Of a stretch of 64,000 bases of DNA, positions 63,056-64,000 are shown one piece after another. A program made the translations under genes and the position numbers. Under the pieces are notes generated by a model that made no database searches, was not told the origin of the DNA, and was given only the letters and a program-made list of their open reading frames with translations. Source of the DNA: an uncultured Verrucomicrobiae bacterium (GTDB lineage: Bacteria; Verrucomicrobiota; Verrucomicrobiia; Chthoniobacterales; JAFAMB01). The stretch is from positions 384,001 through 448,000 of the forward strand of contig CAWIPH010000001.1 of NCBI GenBank assembly GCA_963837955.1. The letters run 5' to 3'. The stretch's first letter is position 1. Each line of letters begins with the position of its first letter.

Positions 63056-63421
63056 CTACTTGCCCCGCTTGGTTCGCTCGCCCTCTTCAATCAATTTCCA
63101 GAACCCGGAACTTTTTTCGAGTTGCTCGTCTTCGGCCAGCGGCAGCTTCGATCGGAATAAGAAATCGCGAATCGTATTTTTGTGCAGCACTCGGTGCACC
63201 ACAATACCTTCTGGGCTGCGCTGGAAATAGATTCGGTAATCATTGGCCCGATATCGGTACAGCTTTTTCCCTTCGCGATCGATCACCCCGAATGCCTTGG
63301 AATCCAAATGATCCAAATTATCAGGGAGAAACTGAAATTCGGCCAGCAGCTCCAGCTGCAGTTCCTTCGGAATTTTACCCATTTCCGAGGCGCTGATCTC
63401 GTTGAAGACGATCTGATACAT
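63056..63421 (-). CDS. RelE/ParE-like protein
   Basis: MYQIVFNEISASEMGKIP...LYRYRANDYRIYF...VHRVLHK fits the RelE fold pattern. Confidence 0.7.
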   Translation of the reverse strand: MYQIVFNEISASEMGKIPKELQLELLAEFQFLPDNLDHLDSKAFGVIDREGKKLYRYRANDYRIYFQRSPEGIVVHRVLHKNTIRDFLFRSKLPLAEDEQLEKSSGFWKLIEEGERTKRGK

Positions 63422-63581
63422 TGGATGCGTCTGAAATTCTAGCATAGTTTGGTTCGAAGGCGCCTCAAATAGGGAAGGAGGATCGATGATAGTCAAAAAT
63501 TGCTATCGGCTCGGCGCTCGGCGCCTGAATGCCGGGGCTTTGCCTATATCTAATTTTGCGCTTTACTCTGGAATTGCTGTG

Positions 63582-64000
63582 ATGCGCTTCATTACGCTCC
63601 TCAGTTTTCTGATCGTCCCTCCTCTATTCGCCCAATTGCATTGGGATGACCCGGAGCAAAACCTGAAAGCGAAGCCTGGAGACAAGGAAGCAGTTATGAA
63701 GTTTCACTTTGTTAACGCAGGCCAAACGGCGATCAAGATTGTGAATGTACGCACCTCGTGCGGTTGCACCACGGCCGCGTTGGCGAAAGACAAGTATGCT
63801 CCGAGCGAAGCGGGAGACATTGAAGCTCGGTTTTCGTTCGGAAGTCACACCGGGCGCCAAGAAAAGACTATTACGGTCACTACATCGGATGCGCCCGACC
63901 GGCCGACCTATCTGCGTTTGGTGGTCGACATCCCTCAAGCCGTGATCCTGCAGCCGGAATTTGTGCTGTGGAAAATCGGCGAGCCGGTGGATACCAAAAA
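63582..64000 (+). CDS. DUF1573 domain secreted protein, runs off the right edge
   Basis: Not in the ORF track; MRFITLLSFLIVPSLFA...FHFVNAGQTAIKIVNVRTSCGCTT. Confidence 0.88.
   Translation, partial: MRFITLLSFLIVPPLFAQLHWDDPEQNLKAKPGDKEAVMKFHFVNAGQTAIKIVNVRTSCGCTTAALAKDKYAPSEAGDIEARFSFGSHTGRQEKTITVTTSDAPDRPTYLRLVVDIPQAVILQPEFVLWKIGEPVDTK

Overview
Chromosomal window from a GC-moderate bacterium. The 16S signatures and gene families suggest Verrucomicrobiota, probably Chthoniobacterales/Spartobacteria (inference, no database search). It holds about 50 mostly housekeeping or metabolic CDS: hom-thrC-lysC, a polyol ABC uptake and dehydrogenase cluster, nagB, thiM, xylB, ubiX, cidA/lrgB, aspT, a DEAD-box helicase, fur, leuA and a class D beta-lactamase. 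It also holds one complete rRNA operon (16S, tRNA-Ala, tRNA-Ile, 23S, 5S). No transposase, integrase, prophage or CRISPR array is visible. The most notable signals are non-coding or below the ORF-track cutoff: (1) a 29-aa leader peptide with 13 Leu upstream of leuA, followed by a hairpin with no U-tract; (2) a dense set of intergenic repeats, including GTAG-footed REP hairpins, a 4 x 125-bp REP mosaic, a ~250-290-bp MITE-like family, and inverted 7/9-mer arrays that are either empty or bracket single genes; (3) a 170-bp direct duplication and a chain of coupled small ORFs in front of cidA/lrgB; (4) a synonymously diverged N-terminal peptide duplication in a polyol dehydrogenase; (5) several unusual fusions and probable pseudo-enzymes.
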